64,000 nucleotides of DNA from positions 25,666 through 89,665 of the forward strand of contig CABYVA010000002.1 in the NCBI GenBank assembly GCA_902522325.1, read 5' to 3'. Below are positions 11,585 to 22,714 of this stretch, piece by piece. A program made the translations under genes and the position numbers. The first letter of the stretch is position 1. Every line of letters starts with the position of its first letter. The stretch is from an uncultured Pelagibacteraceae bacterium. Its GTDB lineage: Bacteria; Pseudomonadota; Alphaproteobacteria; Pelagibacterales; Pelagibacteraceae. The notes below the pieces were generated by a model, which saw nothing but the letters and a program-made list of their open reading frames with translations, was not told where the DNA came from and did not search any database.

Positions 11585-13006
11585 ATGTTGAATAAAATAA
11601 GAAGTTTTTCACAAACATTATTCGCTAAAATATTGTTAGTAGTGATGGTAATTCCATTTATATTTTGGGGCATGGGTGGATCTTTTAACGCAGGTAACAG
11701 TAATAATATTGCAAAAATAGATAACTACAATATTTCAACTCAAGATTTTATTGATTATCTAAATACTCAGAATTTAAATTCAGATGAAATAAACCAAAAC
11801 AATATGTTAGAGCAAGTTTTAAGCGATTTAATATCAAAAACATTATTAGATTTAGAAATTAAAAATTTGAATCTAATTTTTACGGAGAGAGCGTTGGTAA
11901 AATTAATAAAAGAAAATAAAAATTTTATGGATGAAAACAAAAACTTTTCTAGAATCAAATATGAAAAGTTCTTGATATCAAATAATATTAATGCTGCGGA
12001 TTTTGAGAAAAGTCTTAAAGATAGAGAGCTTCAGAGGAAATTATTTTCATATATTGGTAGTGGAGCTTTATCTCCAAAATTTATCAGTAATAAGATTTTT
12101 AAGGAAAAAAATAAAAAAATTGATGTAGGATATGTAAATCTTTTTAATTTTTACAAAAAGGAAAGTGATTTTTCAGATAAAGAAATAAATGAATTCATTA
12201 ATAAAAATGAAGATAATTTAAAAAAGGACTTTATTGATTTTAGTTATTCAAAAATTACCCCACAGAACTTAACAGGCTCTAGTGAATTTGACAATATTTT
12301 CTTTGAAAAAATCGATGAGATAGAAAATAAAATTTTAAATGGTGAAAAATTTGACAATTTGATGAATGAACTTAAAATTCAAATTATTTCCAAAGAAAAT
12401 TACAATCCTGATAGCAATGAAGACGAACTTGGTAAAATTATTTTTGAAAAAAGATTAGAAGATAATTTTCAAATAATTGATAAAAATAATTTTTATTTAG
12501 TTTATAAAATCAAGAAAATCAATAAAATTTTACCTAATATAGATGATAACAAATTTAGATCTCAGATTAAAAAAATTTTGTACGAAAAATTTAAGTTTGA
12601 ATATAACAGTGAATTATTAAAAAAAATTAATACCAATAAATTCAATGATGATGATTTTGTAAAATTAACAAATAGTAAATCTGCTAAAATAGAAAAAGTC
12701 CAACTAGAATCTATCAACGATGATAAAAAATTTAATATTAATTCAATAAAACTTTTGTACTCAATGCCCTTAAACTCATATACATTGGTCAACGATAATA
12801 ATAATAATATTTATTTAACCAAAATAATTAAATTTTATGAAAAAGATATTTCGAATATGAGTGAAAATTTTGAAAGTTACCAAAACCTAGGAAATCTCAA
12901 AATAAAAAACAATATTTTCTCATCTTATGATTATTTTTTAAACAAAAAATACAAAATTAAAATTAATGAAAAAACACTTGAAAGAGTTAAAAATTATTTT
13001 AGATAA
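11585..13006 (+). CDS. PpiD-like periplasmic chaperone (SurA N-terminal domain)
   Basis: N-terminal anchor ending FIFWG; position between tpiA and trpE as in other alphaproteobacteria. Confidence 0.78.
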   Translation: MLNKIRSFSQTLFAKILLVVMVIPFIFWGMGGSFNAGNSNNIAKIDNYNISTQDFIDYLNTQNLNSDEINQNNMLEQVLSDLISKTLLDLEIKNLNLIFTERALVKLIKENKNFMDENKNFSRIKYEKFLISNNINAADFEKSLKDRELQRKLFSYIGSGALSPKFISNKIFKEKNKKIDVGYVNLFNFYKKESDFSDKEINEFINKNEDNLKKDFIDFSYSKITPQNLTGSSEFDNIFFEKIDEIENKILNGEKFDNLMNELKIQIISKENYNPDSNEDELGKIIFEKRLEDNFQIIDKNNFYLVYKIKKINKILPNIDDNKFRSQIKKILYEKFKFEYNSELLKKINTNKFNDDDFVKLTNSKSAKIEKVQLESINDDKKFNINSIKLLYSMPLNSYTLVNDNNNNIYLTKIIKFYEKDISNMSENFESYQNLGNLKIKNNIFSSYDYFLNKKYKIKINEKTLERVKNYFR

Positions 13007-14463
13007 TGATTAATAGAAACTTTAAAGATTTCAAGTTTCAACACAAAAGAAATCAAAACCAAGTATTGTTTGTCTCAAAAAAAGTTAATAAAAGTTTTGA
13101 TGTAGTAAACTTAATCAATAATTTTCTTAGAGACAAAAATAGTTTTATTTTTGAATCTGTTGAAAAAGGTATTATCAAAGGAAGATATACAATATTCGGA
13201 AGAAATCCTGATAAAATTTGGGAGTTTAACAATAATCTTTCTTATTCGGTTGATAAATTCAACAAAAGAAAAAAAATTAAGGGTGAGCCTAAAAAAATAA
13301 TTGAAAAAATTATTGAAAATTTTAAGTTTAAAACGCCAAAAAGCTTACCTCCGATATGTTCTTTAATATCAGGTTATTTTTCATATGACACAATTAGATA
13401 TTTAGAAAAAATTCCAAATAAATGTGAAGATGACCTTGGTTTACCAGATGTAAGAATCCTAAGACCCAAAACTCTAATAATACACGATAACCATAAAAAA
13501 AAAATTTTCTTTATAATTAATGTTTTTAAAGATGAAAAAATTCATGATTATAAAAGTAAGTATAATCAAATTAAAAATGAATTATTTATGTTAAATTTGT
13601 TATCCCTAAATAAAGTAGATACTTCTAAAAAAGTTAACAAAAATAAATTAATTGTTAAATCTAATACTTCAAAAAAAAGATTTTTAACAATAGTAAATAA
13701 AGCAAAAAGATACATTAAAATTGGTGATATTTTTCAAGTTGTTTTAAGCCAAAGATTTGAAACAAAATTATCAAAGCGACCAATCGATATTTATAAAAAG
13801 TTAAGGATTACCAACCCATCACCTTTTATGTATTTTTTTAATTTTCCTGATTTTCAAATTATTGGTGCAAGTCCTGAAATATTGGTAAGACTAAGAAACA
13901 ACAAAATTACTATTAGGCCAATTGCTGGTACTAGACCTCGTGGGACAAATAAAAAACAAGATAACTTTTATTCAAAAGACTTACTTAAAGATAAAAAAGA
14001 GATATCTGAGCACTTAATGTTATTAGACTTGGGTAGAAATGATGTTGGAAAAGTTTCAAAAATTAACACGGTTAAAGTAACTGAAAAATTTAAAATTGAA
14101 AAATACTCTCATGTGATGCATATAGTTTCTAATGTCGAAGGAATTTTTAATAATAAACACTCCAAATTTAAATCATTATTATCAGGTTTTCCTGCAGGAA
14201 CCGTTTCAGGTGCACCAAAAATAAGAGCTATGGAAATTATAGATGAACTAGAAAAATCTAAAAGAAAGGTTTACGCTGGTGGAATTGGCTATTTTTCTGC
14301 TAACGGTGAATTTGATACTTGTATAGCATTAAGAACAGCAATAGCAAAAAATAATAAGTTTTATGTTCAAGCTGGTGCTGGAATAGTAGCTGATAGTGTT
14401 CCTGCTAAAGAGTATGAGGAGACAGTTAACAAAGCTAAGGCTTTGATTAATGCATTAAGATAA
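13006..14463 (+). CDS. trpE: Anthranilate synthase component I
   Basis: NPSPFM, PIAGTRPRG, EHLMLLDLGRND, AGAGIV. Confidence 0.95.
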   Translation: MINRNFKDFKFQHKRNQNQVLFVSKKVNKSFDVVNLINNFLRDKNSFIFESVEKGIIKGRYTIFGRNPDKIWEFNNNLSYSVDKFNKRKKIKGEPKKIIEKIIENFKFKTPKSLPPICSLISGYFSYDTIRYLEKIPNKCEDDLGLPDVRILRPKTLIIHDNHKKKIFFIINVFKDEKIHDYKSKYNQIKNELFMLNLLSLNKVDTSKKVNKNKLIVKSNTSKKRFLTIVNKAKRYIKIGDIFQVVLSQRFETKLSKRPIDIYKKLRITNPSPFMYFFNFPDFQIIGASPEILVRLRNNKITIRPIAGTRPRGTNKKQDNFYSKDLLKDKKEISEHLMLLDLGRNDVGKVSKINTVKVTEKFKIEKYSHVMHIVSNVEGIFNNKHSKFKSLLSGFPAGTVSGAPKIRAMEIIDELEKSKRKVYAGGIGYFSANGEFDTCIALRTAIAKNNKFYVQAGAGIVADSVPAKEYEETVNKAKALINALR

Positions 14464-15035
14464 TGAAAATAATTTTAATAGATAATTATGATAGTTTCAC
14501 TTTTAACTTGTTCCATTATTTGTCATCTTTAAAAGTAAACGTTGATGTTATTAGAAATGACAAAATTACCTCAGGTGAAATTCTAAAAAGAAAATATAAT
14601 AAAATTGTAATTTCACCAGGTCCAGGCAACCCCAATCAATCTGGAAATTGTTTAAAAATAGTAAAATCCCTACATAGAAATTTACCTATTTTAGGTGTTT
14701 GCTTAGGTCACCAAATAATTGGACAAGTTTTTGGTTCTAAAATAATTCAAGCTAAAAAATTAATGCATGGAAAAACAAGTAAAATTATATCAAAAAAAAT
14801 TGGAATTCTTAAAAATTTACCTAAAATCTTTGAGGCTACTAGATACCATAGTTTAATTATCGATAAAAAAACTTTGTCAAAAGACCTTGAAATCACTGCA
14901 GAAACTAAAGAGGGATTAATAATGGGTGTTAAACATAAAAAATATAATGTGCATGGTGTACAATTTCATCCTGAAAGTATTAAAACTAAATTAGGATTAA
15001 AAATTTTAAAAAATTTTATAAAATTTAAAAATTAA
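14463..15035 (+). CDS. trpG: Anthranilate synthase component II (glutamine amidotransferase)
   Basis: IDNYDSF, SPGPG, GVCLGHQ, QFHPES. Confidence 0.95.
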   Translation: MKIILIDNYDSFTFNLFHYLSSLKVNVDVIRNDKITSGEILKRKYNKIVISPGPGNPNQSGNCLKIVKSLHRNLPILGVCLGHQIIGQVFGSKIIQAKKLMHGKTSKIISKKIGILKNLPKIFEATRYHSLIIDKKTLSKDLEITAETKEGLIMGVKHKKYNVHGVQFHPESIKTKLGLKILKNFIKFKN

Positions 15036-16027
15036 TGAAACAATTCATAGATAAAATTAAAAACAAGGAAAACCTGACCTTTGAAGAAAGTAAAACAGCT
15101 TTTCAAATATTAATGGCTGGTAAAGCAAATGATCAAGAAATATTTGACTTTTTAACACTTTTATCTGCTAAAGGCGAAACATCAAACGAAGTAGCGGGTG
15201 GCGTTTATGTTTTAAGGGACAAATCAAAAAGAGTAAATGTAGAAAATTGTATTGATACATGTGGCACAGGCGGAGATGGTATGAATACTCTTAATATATC
15301 AACGGCATCTGCTTTATTGCTTTCAAGCATGGATGTAAAAGTAGCAAAACATGGGAACAAAGCAGTATCATCAAAGTGTGGATCTGGCGATGTTTTAGAA
15401 GCTTTAAATATTAAAATAAATCTAGAACCAAATGATATTGAAGATCAAATTAATAAAAATAACTTTGGTTTTATGTTTGCTCCTAATTATCATAGTGCAA
15501 TGAGATTTGTAGGCCCAACCAGAAAAAAAATTGGTAAAAGAACAATCTTTAATATGATTGGACCATTAAGTAGTCCAGCGCTAGTGAAACGACAAGTTGT
15601 TGGTGTTTTTGATAAAAAATTATTAAAAATATTTGCAGATGCTTTAAATAATTTAGATATTAAATTTGCATGGATTGTTAATAGTCAAGATGGTTTAGAT
15701 GAAATATCTCCATATGCTAAAACTAATATAATTCAATTAAAAGATAAAAAAATTACTGAAATCATAATAGATCCAAAAGAATTAGCTTTAAATGCAGATA
15801 AATTTGAAAATCTTATAGGTAATGATGCAAAATTTAATGCAGAAAAAATATTAAATATATTTAAAGGTGAAGATAATGATTTTTCCAAAGCTGTATGCTT
15901 AAATGCTGCAGCAGGATTAATTGTTAATGAAACACATAAAAATTTTACTGATGCTTATAATCATTCACGAGAACATATCCTATCAAATAAAGTTATTAAA
16001 CATTTAGAAAAAATTCAAAATGGCTGA
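15035..16027 (+). CDS. trpD: Anthranilate phosphoribosyltransferase
   Basis: DTCGTGGD, NIST, KHGN, GLDE. Confidence 0.97.
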   Translation: MKQFIDKIKNKENLTFEESKTAFQILMAGKANDQEIFDFLTLLSAKGETSNEVAGGVYVLRDKSKRVNVENCIDTCGTGGDGMNTLNISTASALLLSSMDVKVAKHGNKAVSSKCGSGDVLEALNIKINLEPNDIEDQINKNNFGFMFAPNYHSAMRFVGPTRKKIGKRTIFNMIGPLSSPALVKRQVVGVFDKKLLKIFADALNNLDIKFAWIVNSQDGLDEISPYAKTNIIQLKDKKITEIIIDPKELALNADKFENLIGNDAKFNAEKILNIFKGEDNDFSKAVCLNAAAGLIVNETHKNFTDAYNHSREHILSNKVIKHLEKIQNG

Positions 16028-16811
16028 AAATATTCTTGAAAAAATAATTAAAAAGAAAAGTGAAAAAATAGTAAATTTAAAAAAAACTATTTCATTAGAC
16101 TCGTTAAATGAATTAATCAATAATAATAATTCCTTTATAGATTTTAAAGAAAAAATTTATAACAACATAAAAAATAATAAATTTTCAATTATTGCAGAAA
16201 TTAAAAAAGCTAGTCCATCTGCAGGTATTATTATTAAAGAATATGATCCTGTTGAAATCGCTAATACATATAATAAAAATAAAGCAACTTGTCTGTCTGT
16301 TTTAACTGAGGAAGACTTTTTTTTAGGTAATCTTATTCATTTAAGTAAAATTAAACAAAAAATTAAATTACCAGTTCTTTGTAAGGATTTTTTTGTGGAT
16401 AAATTTCAAATACCACTCGCAAAAAGTTATGGGGCTGATGCAATACTAATAATCTTAGCGGGTATTTCTGATAAGGTTGCTAATGAATTATATGACGAAG
16501 CATTAAAGCTTAATATGTCTGTTATTGTTGAAGTTCATACGCTTGAAGAAGCTAAACGTTCCTTAAAATTTAAAGAAGCTTTAATAGGTATTAATAATAG
16601 AAACCTAAAAACTTTAAAAACCGATATAAATACAACTTACGATATTCATGAAATTTTAGTTAATCACGCAGGACCGTTAATTTCTGAAAGCGGAATAAAA
16701 ACAAAAGAAGAACTAATAGATCTTTCAAACAAAACTTCTATTAAAACATTTTTAATTGGTGAATCACTTTTAAAAAACCCTCATAAAAATTCAATTTTTT
16801 CAGTTTTATAG
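16020..16811 (+). CDS. trpC: Indole-3-glycerol phosphate synthase
   Basis: IAEIKKASPS, LSVLTE, GINNRNL, SESG. Confidence 0.96.
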   Translation: MAENILEKIIKKKSEKIVNLKKTISLDSLNELINNNNSFIDFKEKIYNNIKNNKFSIIAEIKKASPSAGIIIKEYDPVEIANTYNKNKATCLSVLTEEDFFLGNLIHLSKIKQKIKLPVLCKDFFVDKFQIPLAKSYGADAILIILAGISDKVANELYDEALKLNMSVIVEVHTLEEAKRSLKFKEALIGINNRNLKTLKTDINTTYDIHEILVNHAGPLISESGIKTKEELIDLSNKTSIKTFLIGESLLKNPHKNSIFSVL

Positions 16812-16859
16812 TCAAAAACACCTTGTTTTATTGGATTTTAATCTATTGTTTATTTAAGA

Positions 16860-16895
16860 GAACTTTTATAGAACATGTATGTACGATATTTGTTC
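16860..16895 (+). promoter_or_regulatory. Two alphaproteobacterial LexA (SOS) boxes upstream of lexA
   Basis: GAAC-ttttata-GAAC (16860-16874, perfect GAAC-N7-GAAC) and GTAC-gatattt-GTTC (16881-16895, one mismatch to GTTC-N7-GTTC), ending 1 nt before the probable ATG. Confidence 0.88.
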
Positions 16896-16896
16896 T

Positions 16897-17574
16897 ATGC
16901 TAACTAAAAAACAAAAAAACTTATTACTATTTATAAATAAAAAATTGAGATCTTCAGGTGTATCTCCATCTTATGAAGAAATGAAAGATTCATTAAACTT
17001 AAAATCAAAATCTGGAATACATAGGTTAATAAGCGCTTTAGAAGAACGAGGTTTTATTAGAAGACTTGCTCATAAAGCTAGAGCTTTAGAGGTAATTAAA
17101 TTACCTGAAACTGCTTCTGCAAACGATATATACAATAGTTTCTCTCCAAGCGTTATTAAGGGTGGCTTAGATGAAGAAAATTCTAACGGAGAGGCAGCAG
17201 AAATACCAGTTTTAGGTAAAATAGCAGCTGGTACTCCAGTAGAAGCTATTCAAAATGAAATTTCAAGAGTACCTCTTCCAGCTAATTTAGAAAAAAATGG
17301 TGAATATTTTGGCCTTAAAGTTCAAGGAGACTCAATGATTGAAGCTGGTATAAATGAAGGCGATACGGTTATAGTTAAGAAATCTGACACAGCTGAAAAT
17401 GGAAAAATTGTTGTTGCACTAATTGATGACCATGAAGCAATGCTTAAAAGAATTAGAAGAAAAGGTAAAACTGTTGCTTTAGAAAGTGCAAACAGAAACT
17501 ATGAAACTAAAATATTTGGTCCTGATAGAGTAAAAGTTCAAGGAATTTTAGTATCTTTATATAGAAACTTTTAA
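16897..17574 (+). CDS. lexA: SOS repressor LexA (start revised from 16879 to 16897)
   Basis: MLTKKQ, SPSYEEM, cleavage site IAAG, catalytic GDSM and LKR. Confidence 0.97.
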   Translation: MLTKKQKNLLLFINKKLRSSGVSPSYEEMKDSLNLKSKSGIHRLISALEERGFIRRLAHKARALEVIKLPETASANDIYNSFSPSVIKGGLDEENSNGEAAEIPVLGKIAAGTPVEAIQNEISRVPLPANLEKNGEYFGLKVQGDSMIEAGINEGDTVIVKKSDTAENGKIVVALIDDHEAMLKRIRRKGKTVALESANRNYETKIFGPDRVKVQGILVSLYRNF

Positions 17575-17596
17575 AAAAATAGTCTAAACATTTCTA

Positions 17597-18997
17597 ATGG
17601 CTAAAGTAGCAACAAGATTTGCTCCATCACCAACAGGACCCTTGCATATTGGTGGGGTACGAACAGCTTTATTTAATTGGCTTTATACTAAAAATCAACA
17701 GGGCAACTTTTATCTTAGAGTTGAAGATACTGATAAAGAAAGATCAAAGGATGAATATAAAGATCAAATAATTGAATCTTTAAAATGGATCGGCATCAAC
17801 TATGATGGGGAAGAATATATACAGTCAAAAAAAATTAATGATCACATAAAAGTTGCAAATGAATTACTTAAAAATGGCCATGCATATAAATGTTATTGTT
17901 CAAGTGATGAGATAGAAGAACAAAAAAAAAGAGCAAGACAAAAAAAAATTCCTTACATCTATGATAGAAAATGGAGAGACAAAAAAGAAGTCGATGCTCC
18001 AAAAAATATTAAGCCAGTCATAAGATTTAAAAGTAAAATAGATGGATCGTCTGTATTAAAAGATTTAGTTCTAGGTGATGTTAAAATTGACAATAATACT
18101 ATTGAAGATTTTATTATCTTAAGAAATGATGGAACTCCAACATATAACTTATCAGCATCGGTTGATGATTATCAAATGAATATGACACACATTATTAGAG
18201 GCGATGACCATAAAATAAATACCTTTAAACAAATTCAAATTTATGAAGCTATGAAATGGAAGTTGCCTTTGTTTGCTCATATACCTTTAATACATACAAT
18301 CGAGGGAAAAAAATTATCTAAACGTGATAAAGCTTCTACATTGGATGATTATTCCAAAATTGGTATTATGCCAGATGCTCTTAGAAATTATCTTTTGAGA
18401 TTAGGGTGGTCATACCAGGATAAAGAAATATTTACATTAGATGAAAGTATCAAGCATTTTAATCTAGAAGGAATTGGTAAATCTCCATCTAAACTTGATA
18501 TGAGTAGAATTTTATCAATGAATGAACACTATATAAAGAATATTGATGAAAATGATTTATTTAATCAATTAATTGAATATTGTAAATTATATAAAAGTGA
18601 AATTAAGTCAGATAAAAAAGATAAGATCAAAAAATCACTAACCTTCCTAAAAAATAAAGCTAAAACCTTGGAAGATATATTTAATAATGGTCAATATATA
18701 ATGGTTGATGAGGTCAATTTTAATCAAGATGATATTAAGTTAATTGATGTTAAGGCCAAAAAAGTCATTTCTGATTTTAAAATTCAACTCGATAGCGTTG
18801 ACAAACTTAACAAAGAAACATTAGAGCCAATAGTGAATGAACTGATTAAGTCAAATGATACAAATTTTAAAGGAGTTGGTCAGCCTTTAAGAATAGCTTT
18901 AACAGGTTCAAAATTTGGACCTGGAATATATGATATAATTATTTCTCTTGGAAAAGAGGAAGTAACAAAAAGATTAACCAATAAGAAGCTTGCTTAA
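17597..18997 (+). CDS. gltX: Glutamate--tRNA ligase
   Basis: RFAPSPTG, HIGG, KLSKR. Confidence 0.97.
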   Translation: MAKVATRFAPSPTGPLHIGGVRTALFNWLYTKNQQGNFYLRVEDTDKERSKDEYKDQIIESLKWIGINYDGEEYIQSKKINDHIKVANELLKNGHAYKCYCSSDEIEEQKKRARQKKIPYIYDRKWRDKKEVDAPKNIKPVIRFKSKIDGSSVLKDLVLGDVKIDNNTIEDFIILRNDGTPTYNLSASVDDYQMNMTHIIRGDDHKINTFKQIQIYEAMKWKLPLFAHIPLIHTIEGKKLSKRDKASTLDDYSKIGIMPDALRNYLLRLGWSYQDKEIFTLDESIKHFNLEGIGKSPSKLDMSRILSMNEHYIKNIDENDLFNQLIEYCKLYKSEIKSDKKDKIKKSLTFLKNKAKTLEDIFNNGQYIMVDEVNFNQDDIKLIDVKAKKVISDFKIQLDSVDKLNKETLEPIVNELIKSNDTNFKGVGQPLRIALTGSKFGPGIYDIIISLGKEEVTKRLTNKKLA

Positions 18998-20110
18998 TAC
19001 TCCAGAAGCTTCATCAGAGGACGCGGTTTTTGATCTGATTTTAGTTAAAGTTTCCTCGCATTCTTTAATTTGCTTTTTCATCAATTCAGGATTTTTTAAA
19101 AAGTAAACAACTGAATTATAAATCTCTTTAGCATTACACTCTTTTTGTATTAATTCTGGAATTATTTCTTTGTTATTTATAATATTAATGATGTTAGCAA
19201 ACTTTATTTTTACGAGCATTTTAACAATTAAAAAATTCAAAAAATTCATTTTATAGATAATTATAGAGGGAACTTTTGCATTACAAATTTCAAGAGAAAC
19301 TGTACCAGATTTAGAAACTGCAAAAATAGATCTGCCCAGTATTTGTTTTTTTATATTTTCATCAGAAATGACTTCAGCATTTTTTAAATTTACATCATTA
19401 ATTTTTTCACTAATTAAATTCTTATTATCATCGGTTGCATGAAATACAAAAGTGAAATTATCAAATTTTGTATTCATCATATTTATAAAATTAATTAATA
19501 TAGGTAAAAGTAAATTCAATTCGGATGATCTACTACCGGAGAAAAGAGAGATAATTTTTTTATCATTTGATATAATGTTAGATAGATCTATTTTATCTTT
19601 TGACTCTTGTTCTAGTAATGGATGGCCAACAAACGTATTTGGGATATTTTCTTTATCGAAATATTTTTTTTCAAAATCAAATAATAATAGAATATGATCT
19701 AAAAATTTTTTAAATTTTTTTACTCTGCCCTCTCGCCAAACCCACACTTGCGGAGCAACATAATGTATTGTTTTTATATTAGGATTAATTTTTTTTACTT
19801 TTTCAGCAACTCTTAAAGTAAAATCTGGACTATCTACACTAAATAAAATGTCAGGATTAAATTCAATTATCTTTTTAGCGGTTTCGTTAATTTTGTTTCT
19901 GATTTTGAATAAATTTAAGATAACACTGGTAAAACCAATATAAGTTATTTCTTTAAGATCATATATTGATCTCACTCCAAGTGAATTTAAATGAGAACCT
20001 CCAACACTTAGATACTCTATATCAGAATGATTTTGTTTAAGTTTAGCGATTACAGTAGATGCTAATTTATCACCTGAAGGTTCACCAGTTAAAATAAATA
20101 TCTTTTTCAT
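18974..20110 (-). CDS. lpxB: Lipid-A-disaccharide synthase
   Basis: GEPSGD, DSPDF, YVAPQVWVWR, FVGHPL, SGT. Confidence 0.96.
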   Translation of the reverse strand: MKKIFILTGEPSGDKLASTVIAKLKQNHSDIEYLSVGGSHLNSLGVRSIYDLKEITYIGFTSVILNLFKIRNKINETAKKIIEFNPDILFSVDSPDFTLRVAEKVKKINPNIKTIHYVAPQVWVWREGRVKKFKKFLDHILLLFDFEKKYFDKENIPNTFVGHPLLEQESKDKIDLSNIISNDKKIISLFSGSRSSELNLLLPILINFINMMNTKFDNFTFVFHATDDNKNLISEKINDVNLKNAEVISDENIKKQILGRSIFAVSKSGTVSLEICNAKVPSIIIYKMNFLNFLIVKMLVKIKFANIINIINNKEIIPELIQKECNAKEIYNSVVYFLKNPELMKKQIKECEETLTKIRSKTASSDEASGVLSKLLIG

Positions 20111-20901
20111 TTTACTGAGATAAACATCCTATTCTTATTAGCAAAATTAATACATTTGCTTTTATCTAAAAAAACGTGTTGTTTACTTTTTATAACTATA
20201 CCTTTTAATCCAGCGGTTTTGCTTTGTTTTAAAGTTTTTAATCCAATAGTAGGTAGATCAACTCTTAGATCTTGTTTCTTTTTTGGGAACTTAACTAAAA
20301 CACCATGATTTCTATATTTTTTGCTTCTGCTTTTTTCAATCATTTTTTTAGTTCCTCCTTTTCCTTCTATAGAAACTACTTTTTTGTTTCTAACAACTAC
20401 TCCTTGGCTAAAATTATATTGTTTTAAATTACTTAAAGTTTTAATTGCTTTTTTAATATCTAATTGATCTTGTTTGTTTGGTTTAATCTTTGAATAATTA
20501 CCTTTTTTTAATGATAGTTCAGGATTAAATATTAGTGAATTTTCAGTTTTTATTTTGTTTTGAGCTAATATTTTAATAATTTCCTTGAGTATAGCTGCAT
20601 CTCCTAGCTTAGATGCTTTAATTATTCTTGGAATATAATAAATACCTTTAAGGTCTAATTTTAATTTAGAAAAGTTAGGTTTATTTACCTTGCCTGCAAA
20701 CAAGGCTTTTTTACAATCATTTTTTTTAAGAATATTAATAATTTTGCCAAATTGACCTATAGAAACTGAATAAGATTTAGTATCATTTTTAAATTTCTTA
20801 GATTTTGATAAATCTACTATTAGATACTTTATTTTTCTTTTCTTGATTGTGTTGAGAATTTTATTTGGAAATTCTGTGTCACCAAAAATTAATCCGATCA
20901 T
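20107..20901 (-). CDS. lpxI: UDP-2,3-diacylglucosamine pyrophosphatase LpxI (start revised to 20901)
   Basis: MIGLIFG, QDLRVDLPTIG; between lpxA and lpxB. Confidence 0.9.
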   Translation of the reverse strand: MIGLIFGDTEFPNKILNTIKKRKIKYLIVDLSKSKKFKNDTKSYSVSIGQFGKIINILKKNDCKKALFAGKVNKPNFSKLKLDLKGIYYIPRIIKASKLGDAAILKEIIKILAQNKIKTENSLIFNPELSLKKGNYSKIKPNKQDQLDIKKAIKTLSNLKQYNFSQGVVVRNKKVVSIEGKGGTKKMIEKSRSKKYRNHGVLVKFPKKKQDLRVDLPTIGLKTLKQSKTAGLKGIVIKSKQHVFLDKSKCINFANKNRMFISVK

Positions 20902-20902
20902 C

Positions 20903-21682
20903 TTATGAAAATGGGGTACAAATAGACCTTTTTTTATCTTTTGTAATGAATTCAATTACATTTTTTACCAATGGATTTTCTTTAAACGCTCCATTTAACT
21001 TACTTATGTTCTCAGTAAGGTTTTTTGTAGCAAAAATTTCCTTATAAGCTTCGTTTAAACCAAGAATATCTTTGTTATCAAATTTTGCTCTTCTTAACCC
21101 AATTAAATTAAGTCCGTTCAACTTATTTCTGTTTCCAGTCGATAAACCATAAGGGATTACATCATGTAACACACCAGTCATTCCACCAATCATTGCCATT
21201 TTTCCAACTCTGGTGAATTGTTGAACAGCTGAATTTCCACCTATTACAACATTATCCTCTATAATCGCATGTCCTCCTAAGGGAACGTTGTTAGCAATTA
21301 TTACATTATCTCCAACATAGCAGTCATGGGCTACATGTGACGAGATCATAAATAAACAATTGTTTCCTATTTTAGTTAAACCGCCGCCTCCTTCTGTGCC
21401 AGGATTGATTGTTACATATTCTCTTATTTTATTATTATCCCCAATTATCAATTTAGTTTTTTCACCATTATATTTTAAGTCTTGTGGATCATTACCAATT
21501 GAAGCAAAAGGATAAATGTTATTACCTTTGCCGATTACTGTGTTCCCAGAAATATTTACATGTGAATGAATTTTTACATTTTCACCAATCTCTACATTAG
21601 GGCCAATTACAGTATATGGACCGATTTTAGCTGATGGAGCGACTTTTGCCTTAGAATTTATTATGGCTGTTTTGTCTATCAT
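20903..21682 (-). CDS. lpxA: UDP-N-acetylglucosamine acyltransferase
   Basis: Hexapeptide repeats, PQDLKY, HVAHDC, GLNLIGLRR. Confidence 0.97.
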   Translation of the reverse strand: MIDKTAIINSKAKVAPSAKIGPYTVIGPNVEIGENVKIHSHVNISGNTVIGKGNNIYPFASIGNDPQDLKYNGEKTKLIIGDNNKIREYVTINPGTEGGGGLTKIGNNCLFMISSHVAHDCYVGDNVIIANNVPLGGHAIIEDNVVIGGNSAVQQFTRVGKMAMIGGMTGVLHDVIPYGLSTGNRNKLNGLNLIGLRRAKFDNKDILGLNEAYKEIFATKNLTENISKLNGAFKENPLVKNVIEFITKDKKRSICTPFS

Positions 21683-22659
21683 TTATTTTCCCTAATGAAA
21701 CTTTTTAAGTCTTTTGCAGGATATCCCATAACTTTAGAATTATCTGGAATATCTTTAATTACACCACTACCACCAGCTATCTGAACATTGTTTCCAATCT
21801 TTAAATGTCCAGAAATTCCAGATTGCCCGCCTATCATCACATGATTCCCTAATGTGGAACTTCCAGCAAAACCAACTTGTCCAGCTATGATACAGTTATC
21901 GCCAATTTTAACATTATGAGCAATATGAATTTGATTATCTAAATAAGTATTTTTTCCAATAACAGTATTAGACATAGAGCCTCTATCTATAGTTGATCCA
22001 CAACCTATTTCTGAATTATCATCTATTATAACTACACCAACTTGTGGATAACGATAATTTTTAATTTTATTTGGAAAAAAACCAAATCCTTTTTTTCCAA
22101 TAACACACCCATCTAGAATATTAACGTTATTTTTAACAATTGTATTTCTTATTATTGTGTTTGATCCAATAGAACAGTTATTTCCTATCATAACATTTTT
22201 TTCAATTATAGAGTTATGACCTATTGAACAATTTTTTCCTATTTTAACATTTTTTCCAATTAGCACATTAGTTCCATAATTTACTTTTTTCTTAAATAAA
22301 GTTTTAGAAATTTCTTTTACTGAATTATCAAAATTATCATTGATAGAATCTGGATAAAAAAATTCAGTTATTTTAGCTGTATCTATTAATACATTTGTAA
22401 CAACTATTGTCTTACAACTACTTGGTAAATAATCTTTTAAATTTTGTGTTGTAAGACAAAATGATGCTTTTGTTTTTTTAGCTAGCAATTCGTATTTTTT
22501 TGAATGAAAAAAGGTAATATCATTTTTACTAGATGATGATAGATCTTTAATATCTTTAATCAGAAAACTCTTAAAATTATTTAGATTAGCTACTTTTGCT
22601 AATTTTAATAATTTATCAATTTTAAAAGGACCTTTATTTTTAAAAAAAGGATTATTCAT
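21679..22659 (-). CDS. lpxD: UDP-3-O-acylglucosamine N-acyltransferase
   Basis: Hexapeptide repeats, GFGF, TIDRG, DNQIHIAHN. Confidence 0.96.
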   Translation of the reverse strand: MNNPFFKNKGPFKIDKLLKLAKVANLNNFKSFLIKDIKDLSSSSKNDITFFHSKKYELLAKKTKASFCLTTQNLKDYLPSSCKTIVVTNVLIDTAKITEFFYPDSINDNFDNSVKEISKTLFKKKVNYGTNVLIGKNVKIGKNCSIGHNSIIEKNVMIGNNCSIGSNTIIRNTIVKNNVNILDGCVIGKKGFGFFPNKIKNYRYPQVGVVIIDDNSEIGCGSTIDRGSMSNTVIGKNTYLDNQIHIAHNVKIGDNCIIAGQVGFAGSSTLGNHVMIGGQSGISGHLKIGNNVQIAGGSGVIKDIPDNSKVMGYPAKDLKSFIRENK

Positions 22660-22714
22660 TAATAAAAGTTTTTATCAAAACTTTCATAGAATACTTATCA
22701 AAATTTGTTGCTAA

